Source of the DNA: Bacilli bacterium
GTDB lineage: Bacteria; Bacillota_I; Bacilli_A; RFN20; CAG-826
Reading direction: 5' to 3'
Assembly: GCA_049419605.1 (NCBI GenBank)
Contig: JBMSKF010000006.1
Location: 1 to 60,422, forward strand
Length of the DNA stretch: 60,422 nt
Shown here in pieces: positions 27,938-37,173 of this stretch. How positions within the stretch are numbered: position 1 is the stretch's first letter; every line of letters starts with the position of its first letter. The notes under the pieces are model-generated. The model was given only the letters and a program-made list of their open reading frames with translations, did no database searches and was not told where the DNA came from. The position numbers were made by a program, and so were the translations under genes.

Positions 27938-28879
27938 TTGTCTATGAACGCACCAAAAGTGTCGAAGTTCAAAGCGATGGATCGCAACATGAAATTGCTT
28001 AATCTATCACTACTGACTTTAGTACTCGCAGGGACGGTGATTTTTGGCATTCAAGTGTTATTTTTAACCTTGACTGTGATTATCGTTGATCTCATCTTAG
28101 AAATCATCTTTGCCTATTTTCGCAATAAACAGATAGATGAGGGTTGGCTCTATAATGCGCTCATCCTTGTTTTAATATTGCCACCAACAGTACCACTATG
28201 GATTGCAGCCGTAGGTGCAGCATTTGGTGCATTCTTTGGCAAACTTGTGTTTGGCGGTTATCCTAAATATGTTTTCAATCCTGCAGTGGTAGGCGTCATC
28301 TTCTTGATGATTTCCTTTCCTCAGTATTTAAATACGCAATGGTTAAATCCAGTTACCGGTGTTGTGGGTACAGGAACACCCATTGGTTCATGGTTACGTG
28401 GCCAAGATGTTCTTGCAACGTATCCATTAATGAATTTATTTTTAGGAACAGCTCCCGGTGTTGTGGGTGAAGTTTCTAGAGGACTCGTCATCTTATTAGG
28501 TTTCGTATTGATTATCAACAAAGTGATTGATTGGAAAGCACCTCTTGTTTTCTTGGTTTCATTTTTAATATTTGGATATCTTGGACAAGTCTTAGGTTTA
28601 GCAGGATTTTATGATCCGTTTATTGCGGTTATCGTTGGCATGGTTGTCTTCGGTGCTTTCTTTATTATTACGGATAAACCAACCCTACCTGTGACCACAG
28701 GTGGTCGCATTGTCTATGGCATCCTATTTGCATTCTTTACAGTTTTAATTCGGGTATTTGCAGCATGGCCAGAAGGTGTGTTATTTGCGACGATTATTAT
28801 GAACGTCCTCTCACCTTTATTGGATGCAACCATTTCTCGCAAACCTATCGCTAGCATTCTCACAGCGGAGGTTAAATAA
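27938..28879 (+). CDS. nqrB: NqrB/RnfD-family subunit (short form, lacking the NqrB N-terminal extension)
   Basis: IDEGW (NqrB-like EG), KLVFGG..VFNPA, GTGTP (flavinylation Thr), GVVGEVS, ITDKP, WPEGV and NVLSPLLD. Confidence 0.8.
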   Translation: MSMNAPKVSKFKAMDRNMKLLNLSLLTLVLAGTVIFGIQVLFLTLTVIIVDLILEIIFAYFRNKQIDEGWLYNALILVLILPPTVPLWIAAVGAAFGAFFGKLVFGGYPKYVFNPAVVGVIFLMISFPQYLNTQWLNPVTGVVGTGTPIGSWLRGQDVLATYPLMNLFLGTAPGVVGEVSRGLVILLGFVLIINKVIDWKAPLVFLVSFLIFGYLGQVLGLAGFYDPFIAVIVGMVVFGAFFIITDKPTLPVTTGGRIVYGILFAFFTVLIRVFAAWPEGVLFATIIMNVLSPLLDATISRKPIASILTAEVK

Positions 28880-28880
28880 C

Positions 28881-29510
28881 GTGAATAAATATGTTCGAAT
28901 GATGTTATTTGTCGCGGTATTAGGAACAGTGTCTGGTGGTTTACTTTTTGGCACAGGTGCAGTCACAAATACTCTAATTGAAGCAAACGAAGATGCGTTA
29001 TTAAAATCAGAGGTACTTACCTCTCATGGTATCGAATACAATTTTTCCAATATCCATGAAGTATTTGCAGAAACCACTTCCGTTATCACTGTGGATGGAG
29101 AATATGAAGGCGAAGATTACACCTATACGTATTACCAAGATAACGCCAATGGCACCATTACCTTCGGTTTTGGTCCAACCTTCGGTGGTGGTGTATGGGG
29201 ACCTATCATTGGATTACTTTCACTAGAAAGTGATTTCACGACCATCGTAAGAATTTCAGTTTTACAACAAGGAGAAACCCCTGGACTTGGTGGGATTGTT
29301 GCCACTCGGACTTACTTAGATACTTTCAATGGAAAATCAATTGGGATTGGTGATGATGCATTGGCTATCATCAAAGATTTAGATCCAGCGACCGCGGAAG
29401 CGAATGAAGTTCGTTCCATTACGGGAGCAACGCGTACTTCCAATCAATTCAATATTATTCTCAATAATGCTTATGTTGCACACCGCTTGGTGTGGGAAGC
29501 GAGGGCTTAA
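28881..29510 (+). CDS. nqrC: NqrC/RnfG-family FMN-binding subunit
   Basis: N-terminal TM, GVWGPI.G, GETPGLGG and ITGATRTS flavinylation motif. GTG start with SD GGAGG. Confidence 0.85.
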   Translation: MNKYVRMMLFVAVLGTVSGGLLFGTGAVTNTLIEANEDALLKSEVLTSHGIEYNFSNIHEVFAETTSVITVDGEYEGEDYTYTYYQDNANGTITFGFGPTFGGGVWGPIIGLLSLESDFTTIVRISVLQQGETPGLGGIVATRTYLDTFNGKSIGIGDDALAIIKDLDPATAEANEVRSITGATRTSNQFNIILNNAYVAHRLVWEARA

Positions 29511-29512
29511 GG

Positions 29513-30145
29513 ATGAAGAAATTTTTTGCTCGGTTAAATTACACAAAATCCTTTAACGTTTTAAAACGTGGATTTTGGTTGGAAAACCAAGTTGCGATTG
29601 CAGTCTTAGGGATTTGCTCTTCGTTAGCGATCTCAAATAAAGTTGAAAATGCGATTGCAATGGGTCTTGGGGTAACCTTTGTTACCATGGCCTCTTCGGC
29701 TTTTATCGCGTTAATTCGTAACTTCATACCTTCTCAAGTGAGAATGGTGACGTACATGGTTATCATCTCTACCTTTACCATTGTTGTTCAAATGTTCTTA
29801 AAAGCTTACTTCCCAGCCCTTGCGAATCAACTTGGTGCTTATGTTGGTTTAATTATCACCAACTGTATTGTTATGGGTCGCGCGGAAGCTTATGCAGTGA
29901 AAAATCCTGCTCAGTATGCTCTTGTGGATGCGTTTGCATCAGGCATGGGTTATATGATTGTGCTAGTTTCTGCGGCAACCATTCGAGAAATCTTAGCCTT
30001 TGGAACTTGGCTCAATATGCCTGTGATGGGTGAAGGGTGGGTCCCATGGACCATTATGGCCTTAGCTCCAGGTGGTTTCTTTATCATTTCTTTATTTGTT
30101 TGGTTTATTCGTGAACGTCAACAATTCCAAGAAGGGAATCAATAG
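29513..30145 (+). CDS. nqrD: NqrD/RnfE-family subunit
   Basis: VLGICSSLAI, IRNFIPSQVRM, GLIITNCIVMGRAEAYA and LAPGGFF motifs. Confidence 0.88.
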   Translation: MKKFFARLNYTKSFNVLKRGFWLENQVAIAVLGICSSLAISNKVENAIAMGLGVTFVTMASSAFIALIRNFIPSQVRMVTYMVIISTFTIVVQMFLKAYFPALANQLGAYVGLIITNCIVMGRAEAYAVKNPAQYALVDAFASGMGYMIVLVSAATIREILAFGTWLNMPVMGEGWVPWTIMALAPGGFFIISLFVWFIRERQQFQEGNQ

Positions 30146-30155
30146 GTAAACTACT

Positions 30156-30740
30156 ATGAATTTAATCGAATTATTTATTGCTTCCATCCTCAATCACAAT
30201 ATCGCGCTTGTTTATATTTTAGGTATGTGCCCATTAATTGCAATTTCTACCAACGTAAAAAATGCAACCGGCATGGGTGTTGCTGTTGTCTTGGTGACAG
30301 GTTTAACTGCGGTCATCAACTGGCCAGTTTATGAATTCTTAAAAAGTACTGGAACAGAAGATTTATCTTTATTAGTTTTCATGATTACGATTGCTACCAC
30401 CGTTCAATTTTTAGAAATCTTAATTGAAAAATATTTACCATCTATTTATAGCACCTTTGGTATTTATTTACCCTTGATTACCGTCAACTGCATCGTCCTT
30501 GCAGTTTCATTATTCTTTGTGAACCGTGATTATTCATTTGCGGAAACTGCTGTTTATGGTTTCGGTAGTGGTTTAGGCTGGATGATCGCAATCATCCTTT
30601 TAGCTGCCATTCGCGAAAAAATGTTTGTTCGTTCCGATTTACCTAAAGGTCTCATGGGTAAAGGTATCGCCTTTATCTTACTCGGCATTATTGCGTTAGC
30701 ATTCATCGGATTTACCGGAATTGCCAACGTCACCGCATAA
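30156..30740 (+). CDS. nqrE: NqrE/RnfA-family subunit
   Basis: LGMCPLIAIS, VQFLEI, YLPLITVNC and GSGLGW..AI..LAAIREK motifs. Confidence 0.88.
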   Translation: MNLIELFIASILNHNIALVYILGMCPLIAISTNVKNATGMGVAVVLVTGLTAVINWPVYEFLKSTGTEDLSLLVFMITIATTVQFLEILIEKYLPSIYSTFGIYLPLITVNCIVLAVSLFFVNRDYSFAETAVYGFGSGLGWMIAIILLAAIREKMFVRSDLPKGLMGKGIAFILLGIIALAFIGFTGIANVTA

Positions 30741-30752
30741 GGAGATAGACAA

Positions 30753-31835
30753 ATGGATTTTACTACCCCCTTAATACTCTTAGGTGTCTTACTCGCGGTC
30801 ACACTTTTGATTGTGATCTTTGATATGGCCTTTGGGAATAATGCAGCCCGGGCTGTCATCGTCAATGGCAAAAAAGAAATACCCGTTACGAGTGATGAAA
30901 CGTTACTCAATATTTTATCGAGTCAAAAAATCTTCGTACCTTCTGCTTGTGGTGGAAAAGCAACCTGTGGTTTTTGCAAGTGCACCGTTACTGAAGGCGG
31001 TGGTGACATCAAACCCACCGAATTAGCCTTCATTAAACCAGAAGATGCTGCTAAAGGCGTTCGCTTATCTTGCCAAGTTAAAGTGAAAGGCAATATGAAA
31101 GTAGAAATTCCTGAAAGTATGCTCTCAGCAAAAGAATATAAAACGGTTATCACCGAACTCAAGGATTTAACTTACGATATTAAATTAATTCGCTTTAAGT
31201 TAATTTCTCCATCCACGATGGACTTTAAACCCGGCCAATATGCCCAGTTAAAAGTTCCTGGTATTGATGTGATTCGCGCTTACTCCATTGCCTCAAACCC
31301 AAGCGTAAAAGATTCCATTGAAATGATCGTACGTTATGTACCTAATGGTGCGGCGACAAGCTATGTCTTTAATGCCCTTCAAAAAGGCGATAAGGTGACG
31401 ATAACCGGACCTTATGGTACCTTCTTCTTACAAGAACAATCCAAACGTGACATTGTCTGTATCGCTGGTGGTTCAGGAAAAGCACCGATTCGTTCGATTT
31501 TAGCACGTTTAAAAGAACAAGGCATGACTCGAAAAGTTCGCTATTTCTTTGGAGCAAAAGCGGTTAGGGATTTATATTACACCGAAGAAATGAAGCAATT
31601 ACAAAAGGAATATCCCAACTTCGAATATATTCCTGCTCTTTCTAATCCATTACCACAAGATAATTGGGATGGGGCTACAGGATTAATTACTGATGTTTTA
31701 GATCGTATGACAGGTGATTTAGCAGAGTCAGAAGCTTATTTATGCGGATCTCCCGGTATGATTGATGCATGTATTAAAGTATTGAATAAACATCAAATTA
31801 AGCCGGCCAATGTCTTCTACGATAAATTTGCTTAA
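30753..31835 (+). CDS. nqrF: NqrF NADH-oxidising subunit (TM + 2Fe-2S + FAD/NAD)
   Basis: TM helix, SACGGKATCGFCKC...RLSCQVKV, RAYSIAS, GGSGKAPIRS and YLCGSPGM. Confidence 0.88.
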   Translation: MDFTTPLILLGVLLAVTLLIVIFDMAFGNNAARAVIVNGKKEIPVTSDETLLNILSSQKIFVPSACGGKATCGFCKCTVTEGGGDIKPTELAFIKPEDAAKGVRLSCQVKVKGNMKVEIPESMLSAKEYKTVITELKDLTYDIKLIRFKLISPSTMDFKPGQYAQLKVPGIDVIRAYSIASNPSVKDSIEMIVRYVPNGAATSYVFNALQKGDKVTITGPYGTFFLQEQSKRDIVCIAGGSGKAPIRSILARLKEQGMTRKVRYFFGAKAVRDLYYTEEMKQLQKEYPNFEYIPALSNPLPQDNWDGATGLITDVLDRMTGDLAESEAYLCGSPGMIDACIKVLNKHQIKPANVFYDKFA

Positions 31836-31847
31836 ATAAACTAAATG

Positions 31848-31879
31848 AAAAACCTCAGTAATGATACTGAGGTTTTTTT
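31848..31879. terminator. Bidirectional terminator after nqrF
   Basis: AAAAACCTCAGTA-ATGA-TACTGAGGTTTTTTT. Confidence 0.88.
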
Positions 31880-31887
31880 ATTTTCCT

Positions 31888-32211
31888 TTAGCGTTTGACC
31901 CAAGTACAGGAACCACCAGAAGGTACACCTTCTTTAGGATCCCATAGATGCTGATATTGGGGGTTTTGTAAAACCTTAACTGCAAATGAGCAAAGTGGAT
32001 AAATATATCTTTTTTCTTTGGTTGCTAATTTTATGACTTGATCCAAGAGTTGGTTTGCTAAACCTTTACCACGATGCGTAGGATTGACGAATGTATGGCT
32101 AACCACATAGCGGTTATCTTGATCAAGGTGATAAGTAATTTCTCCAATCATTTGTTGTTGATCATCAGCGATCCAAAAGCGATTGGGTTCTTGATTAATC
32201 TTGTACTCCAT
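31888..32211 (-). CDS. Small GNAT acetyltransferase (YjdJ-like)
   Basis: HTFVNPTHRGKGLA...IYPLCSFA. SD AGGAG. Confidence 0.85.
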   Translation of the reverse strand: MEYKINQEPNRFWIADDQQQMIGEITYHLDQDNRYVVSHTFVNPTHRGKGLANQLLDQVIKLATKEKRYIYPLCSFAVKVLQNPQYQHLWDPKEGVPSGGSCTWVKR

Positions 32212-32250
32212 AAACTCAACCTCCTATCTATATTATAGCTACCTTCAGGA

Positions 32251-32279
32251 TTGAGAAACCTCTTTGGAGTGCGTATAAT
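32251..32279 (+). promoter_or_regulatory. SigA promoter of tRNA-Leu/tRNA-Arg (and possibly the V-ATPase operon)
   Basis: TTGAGA-17 nt-TATAAT. Confidence 0.75.
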
Positions 32280-32288
32280 GATTTCGTT

Positions 32289-32375
32289 GCCTCCGTGGTG
32301 AAACTGGTAGACGCAATAGACTCAAAATCTGTCGAGCGTGAGCTCATGTCGGTTCGAGTCCGACCGGAGGCACCA
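32289..32375 (+). tRNA. tRNA-Leu (CAA)
   Basis: GCCTCCG/CGGAGGC acceptor stem, loop CTCAAAA, long variable arm and CCA. Confidence 0.96.
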
Positions 32376-32384
32376 ATCGCACTT

Positions 32385-32462
32385 GCGCTCGTAGCTCAGC
32401 TGGATCAGAGTACAACCCTCCGAAGGTTGGGGTCGCACGTTCGAATCGTGCCGGGCGCGCCA
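32385..32462 (+). tRNA. tRNA-Arg (CCG)
   Basis: GCGCTCG/CGGGCGC acceptor stem, CAACC-CTCCGAA-GGTTG and CCA. Confidence 0.96.
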
Positions 32463-32501
32463 AACATATCTCAACAATCATGGGAAAGATAAGGATTAAA
32501 T

Positions 32502-32816
32502 ATGGAAAAAAACATAATTCAAAAACTGATTAATGAAGATAAAAAAGCGAGGGAAAAAATTGAAAATTTAAAAAAGAAACACGAAATATTTTTATCACAG
32601 CTATCTGAATTAAAAAAGAAAAATGAAAAAAAACATCAAAAAAAGTATGATTTAGAAATTGAAGCAATCGAAAATAAATTTAAACAACAATTAGAAGCAT
32701 TAACAATTCGACTTAATCAACATGGACAATCAGATTCAGAGAAAATCGCATCATTAGATAAAAAAGAAATTGAGCAATTAATCTCAAAATTATTCAATAA
32801 AATTAAGCAAGGTTAA
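32502..32816 (+). CDS. Probable V/A-type ATPase peripheral stalk subunit G/H
   Basis: 104-aa Lys/Glu coiled coil (IIQKLINEDKKAREKI). First gene of the V-ATPase operon. Confidence 0.65.
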   Translation: MEKNIIQKLINEDKKAREKIENLKKKHEIFLSQLSELKKKNEKKHQKKYDLEIEAIENKFKQQLEALTIRLNQHGQSDSEKIASLDKKEIEQLISKLFNKIKQG

Positions 32817-32820
32817 ATAC

Positions 32821-33864
32821 ATGAGTAATGACGCTAATAATGCCATTGTTGCCAAAAGTAAAGCAATTTATGGTAATAATTTAAAGGCTCAACAGTTCAT
32901 TGAGTTAAGTGAAAAAAAATCTTTGGCGGATTTTGTTTTAACACTGAAAAATCATCCTCAATTTAAAGAATCCTTTTCGGGAATTCAAGAACAATTAATC
33001 CGAAGAAACCAATTAGAAACGATTTTAAAAAAAATATCTCTACAACAAGTTATTCGAATTATGAAATATGCGGTTGGTAAAGAACAACCTTTTTTTTATC
33101 AACCGATTATGTCACTTGAAATTGACTTCATTTTATCGATGATTCGCTATTTTTTCGATACGAGTGAAGATAAAAAGGTTCCTTTGCAAGATATTCCAGT
33201 TTTTGTTATTCAACATAGTAAATTACCCTATGATGACCTAATTAAAGCAACAAAATTTAGTGACTTTATCAATTATTTAAAAGGCACTATTTATGAGTCC
33301 ATCCTCAATCCTTATCGTTTAGCTACTTCTGACAATTTTCCATTTTCATTGATTGAAGGAAAGTTTTATGAATTACGCTACGAAGTTATTTTTGAACATA
33401 TCCAACACTTCTACACTGGTCAAACTAACCATAATTTAAAAAAAATGTATCAAATCAAGATTGAATTGGATAATATTTCTAAAATTTATCGTTTAAAGAA
33501 ATTCTATCAAGCAACTCCGGAAATGATTAAACCCCTTTTAATGCTTAATTATTCCAGGATAAAACCATCCATTTGGGATGAAATTTTGGCGATTAAGGAT
33601 CCTGAAAAAGTATTAACATTTTTAAGGCAATCTTCATTCTCTACCTTAAAAGGTGATGATGAGTATGTTTATGTGGAATATGATGTGGAAAGAATTAAAT
33701 TTAATCTTGCAAAAAGGTACCTTTATTATTCCTCAAATCCTGCAGAAGTATATGCTGCATTCTTAATTCTTGAAGAAATTGAACAAATTAATTTGACTAA
33801 TATTATAGAAGGAATAAGATATAACTTGGATTCAAATGATATAAGGAAAATCTTGATCTATTAA
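32821..33864 (+). CDS. V/A-type ATPase subunit C (AC39/d)
   Basis: NAIVAKSKAIYG N-terminus and EQINLTNIIEGIRY C-terminus. Confidence 0.85.
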   Translation: MSNDANNAIVAKSKAIYGNNLKAQQFIELSEKKSLADFVLTLKNHPQFKESFSGIQEQLIRRNQLETILKKISLQQVIRIMKYAVGKEQPFFYQPIMSLEIDFILSMIRYFFDTSEDKKVPLQDIPVFVIQHSKLPYDDLIKATKFSDFINYLKGTIYESILNPYRLATSDNFPFSLIEGKFYELRYEVIFEHIQHFYTGQTNHNLKKMYQIKIELDNISKIYRLKKFYQATPEMIKPLLMLNYSRIKPSIWDEILAIKDPEKVLTFLRQSSFSTLKGDDEYVYVEYDVERIKFNLAKRYLYYSSNPAEVYAAFLILEEIEQINLTNIIEGIRYNLDSNDIRKILIY

Positions 33865-33865
33865 A

Positions 33866-35797
33866 ATGGCAATTTCAAAATTAAAATTAATTACGATAAC
33901 TGCAAATGCTTCATCTTTACAAGATGTTATTTTTGAATTTGTTCAACTAAAAAATTTTCACCCTATCAATGCTTCCACCTTTATCAATGCTGTTCATGGT
34001 CTAAAATCTTTACAAAGTGAAAATTCTAATAATTGGTTGTTACAATTATTGAAAGAAATTGAAAAAGATTTGGCGATGGAAATTCCAGTTGTTAAATTTA
34101 AAGATAAAGGCATTCAATTAAACTTATTAGAAGAAACAACAAAAGCGATTCGGCAACAATTAAGTAATTTTGAAGATAATTTGAAATCTCTTGTAACTAA
34201 AAAGCAAACCCTCACAGAAATTTTAAATCAAGTTAAACACATTGAAAAACTTGAGGTTTCTCTAGATGATTTATTTACGTGTAAATTTGTACATGCACGC
34301 ATCGGAAGAATTCCAACCGATAATCTTGAAAAGTTAAAGTACTATCAAAGTCGACCATTTGTTATTAAAACTTTTGAAACTGACGAACATTTTAGTTGGT
34401 GTATATATTTGACTACCTCTGAATATGAAAGAGAAGTGGATAATCTTTTTTCTTCCTTATTCTTTTCTCGAATCCATATACCAGACTATGTTCATGGTAC
34501 ACCAAGTATTGCGATCAAACAGCTTGCAAAAGAAATCTCTGATAATGAAAATTCGATCAATGACATAAAAGAAGCTAAAATTAAATTCATTCAAAAAAAC
34601 TTGAAACAATTATCTGAAATTAAGGGACAATTATTGTTCAATCAAAGGATGGTTGCTGCAAAACAATATGTAGTTGGCATTGGCGATAGAATCACAATTA
34701 ATGGATTTACTGAAGATTTCTCCGTTGATGAAGTTGTGAAGGCCTATCGCGGTTATGATGGGGTTAAAGTTGAAATTAAGGATGCTGAAGCAGACCGTCG
34801 TATTTTACCTCCAACAAAACTTAAAAATAACCTAATATTTAAGCCTTTTGAAATGTTTGTTGAAATGTATGGTTTGCCTAGCTACCATTCAATTGACCCA
34901 ACCCCATTTCTTGCGATTGCTTATACCTTACTTTTTGGAATGATGTTTGGAGATCTTGGCCAAGGATTATTGTTATCTTTAATGGCATGGGTCATGTCTA
35001 AGTTTAATAAGAAAAATCGTTTATATCGTGTGGGTATACGCTTGGGTTTTTCATCTGCCTTCTTTGGTTTGCTATATGGGTCTGTGTTTGGGAATGAAAC
35101 TTGGTTAAATCCCTTCTATGAAAACATTTTAGGTCTACCTAACAAACCAATCGAAGTTCTATCTCCTGAGTTTACCCTTACGTTACTTGGTGCTGCAATA
35201 GGTGTTGGTGTATTGTTACTTTTGACTTCAATCATTTTAAACATTTATGTTAAGTTTAAAAATCGTAATTTTATTGAGGGTTTATTGTCACATAATGGAT
35301 TTGCAGGGATTTTTCTCTATGGTTTCTTAGTCATGGGTTTTGGCTTAAATTTAATGGGTGCACCATCTATTTTTAACACTTTAACCATTTCCGCATTTGT
35401 ATTTTTCCCCCTTATTTTAATTTTTTTGAAAGAACCCATCCATCGTTTGATGCATGGAGAAAAAGCATTTCCACAAGGTTTTGGATCGTATTTTACAGAA
35501 GGTTTTTTTGAACTTTTTGAAGTTTTATTGTCTTATATCACAAACACAATGTCATATTTAAGGGTTGGCGGTTTCATTCTATCTCACGCAGGCATGATGT
35601 TAGTCGTTGCCACCTTAATGAACATGGTTGGAAATGCTTCCTTACTCGTGTTTATTTTGGGAAATTTATTTGTAATGGCCTTAGAAGGCTTAATTGTAGG
35701 TATTCAAGTTTTGCGCCTACAATTTTATGAAATGTTCTCTCGCTATTACGAAGGAAATGGAACCGCCTTTTCGTCATTATTGACGGAAGAAGCATAA
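33866..35797 (+). CDS. V/A-type ATPase subunit I (a)
   Basis: PPTKLKN, MYGLPSY..IDPT, FGMMFGDLGQG, NTMSYLRVGGF and RLQFYEMFSRYYEG motifs. Confidence 0.95.
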   Translation: MAISKLKLITITANASSLQDVIFEFVQLKNFHPINASTFINAVHGLKSLQSENSNNWLLQLLKEIEKDLAMEIPVVKFKDKGIQLNLLEETTKAIRQQLSNFEDNLKSLVTKKQTLTEILNQVKHIEKLEVSLDDLFTCKFVHARIGRIPTDNLEKLKYYQSRPFVIKTFETDEHFSWCIYLTTSEYEREVDNLFSSLFFSRIHIPDYVHGTPSIAIKQLAKEISDNENSINDIKEAKIKFIQKNLKQLSEIKGQLLFNQRMVAAKQYVVGIGDRITINGFTEDFSVDEVVKAYRGYDGVKVEIKDAEADRRILPPTKLKNNLIFKPFEMFVEMYGLPSYHSIDPTPFLAIAYTLLFGMMFGDLGQGLLLSLMAWVMSKFNKKNRLYRVGIRLGFSSAFFGLLYGSVFGNETWLNPFYENILGLPNKPIEVLSPEFTLTLLGAAIGVGVLLLLTSIILNIYVKFKNRNFIEGLLSHNGFAGIFLYGFLVMGFGLNLMGAPSIFNTLTISAFVFFPLILIFLKEPIHRLMHGEKAFPQGFGSYFTEGFFELFEVLLSYITNTMSYLRVGGFILSHAGMMLVVATLMNMVGNASLLVFILGNLFVMALEGLIVGIQVLRLQFYEMFSRYYEGNGTAFSSLLTEEA

Positions 35798-35811
35798 AAG
35801 GAGGAATATTT

Positions 35812-36261
35812 ATGTTTTTAGATGTGGTGTTCTTAGTATTGCCGATCGTCGCAATTACGTTGATTACGTTACCTTTGTTGCCTGTATTTAAAGGTAAATT
35901 GAAAGGAACGCCAGCAAAACAAAGACTTTTCATTCATATTGGCAGCTTCTTTGGTGTAGTCTTTCTATCCTTTTTAGTACCTGCCATCGTTTCTCAAAAT
36001 GTTTATGCTGTGGATGGTGAAGTTGTAGATTTATTAACAGGGACTATTGCTCAGGGGTTAGGATTTGTTTCTGCGGCATTAGCCACTGGACTTTCATCTT
36101 TAGGGGCTGGTATTGCGGTTGCAGCAGCAGCACCAGCAGCAATTGGCGCCTTTTCAGAAAATGAAAAGAATTTCGGTAAGGCATTAATCTTTGTGGCATT
36201 AGGTGAAGGGGTTGCAATTTACGGATTGCTGATTTCGATTTTAATAATCAATCAACTCTAA
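35812..36261 (+). CDS. V/A-type ATPase proteolipid subunit K (c)
   Basis: GLSSLGAGIAVA...FGKALIFVALGEGVAIYG: a single c hairpin with an N-terminal 2-TM extension. Confidence 0.92.
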   Translation: MFLDVVFLVLPIVAITLITLPLLPVFKGKLKGTPAKQRLFIHIGSFFGVVFLSFLVPAIVSQNVYAVDGEVVDLLTGTIAQGLGFVSAALATGLSSLGAGIAVAAAAPAAIGAFSENEKNFGKALIFVALGEGVAIYGLLISILIINQL

Positions 36262-36267
36262 AAAAAC

Positions 36268-36576
36268 ATGAAATTCTTTCTCCTCAGTGACAATACTGAT
36301 ACCCAAATGGGATTAAGACTCGTTGGAATCGAGGGTCTCGTGGTCCATGAACGAGCTGCTTTTCTCAATGCTCTTGAGACTGTCATTGAAAAGGAAGATA
36401 TTGGCATTATTCTTATTACGACTAAACTTGTTAACCTTGCTCCTGACATTATTTCTGAGCTCAAATTAAAAAATCATCATCAAATTATCATTGAAATTCC
36501 AGATCGAAAAGGTAATTCAAATATTGGTGCTTCAATTGATAAGTATGTTTCGGAAGCGATTGGAGTGAAATTGTAA
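36268..36576 (+). CDS. V/A-type ATPase subunit F
   Basis: LSDNTDTQMGLRLVGIEG, DIGIILIT, IEIPDR and YVSEAIGVKL motifs. Confidence 0.93.
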   Translation: MKFFLLSDNTDTQMGLRLVGIEGLVVHERAAFLNALETVIEKEDIGIILITTKLVNLAPDIISELKLKNHHQIIIEIPDRKGNSNIGASIDKYVSEAIGVKL

Positions 36577-37173
36577 ATGGAAAATCATTTAAATGAAGAT
36601 GCAATTTTAAAATATTTTGAAAAACAAATTGCAGGAGAATCGAATCAAAAAATAGAGGAAATGCAAAAAGATTTTTCAGCAATTGAAAACAGTTTGATTC
36701 AAAAAATGGATGAGGAATTACAAGCCAAATATGCTTTAAAATTAGAACTTTCAGCAAATGAATTAAAGTCTAGTTATGAATTGAAATCAAGAGAAATCGA
36801 ATCCAAGTATCGGCAAAATATATCAAAGAAACGTCAATCTATTATTGAAAAAATCTTTTCAGGTTTAGATGTATTAATTCACCAATATGCTGAATCGAAT
36901 GACTATCTTCAATATCTAAATTTGAAATTTCAAGATTTTAAACTTCCCGATAACCAAACAATCATCATTACATATAATCCGAAAAACGCGCTTTTGAGGA
37001 AGTTTTTATCCTCGAAATTTCAACATGCGACGCTTCACCAGGATCTTTCTATTCGTTATGGTGGATTTTATCTACAAATCAATAGTCAGTCTTTCAGGCA
37101 CGATTTCACACTTGATTCCAAAGTAAAGCAAGTGCAATCTGAATTTTATGAAAGTGGTTTGTTCCATGGCTAA
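36577..37173 (+). CDS. V/A-type ATPase subunit E
   Basis: Coiled-coil N-terminus and IRYGGF...DFTLD C-terminus, located between subunits F and A. Confidence 0.8.
   Translation: MENHLNEDAILKYFEKQIAGESNQKIEEMQKDFSAIENSLIQKMDEELQAKYALKLELSANELKSSYELKSREIESKYRQNISKKRQSIIEKIFSGLDVLIHQYAESNDYLQYLNLKFQDFKLPDNQTIIITYNPKNALLRKFLSSKFQHATLHQDLSIRYGGFYLQINSQSFRHDFTLDSKVKQVQSEFYESGLFHG

Noticed and set aside
27938-30740. Calling the operon a standard Rnf (rnfDGEA)
   Set aside because: There is no rnfC or rnfB, the terminal gene is NqrF-type, and the D/E motifs and gene order match nqrBCDEF.
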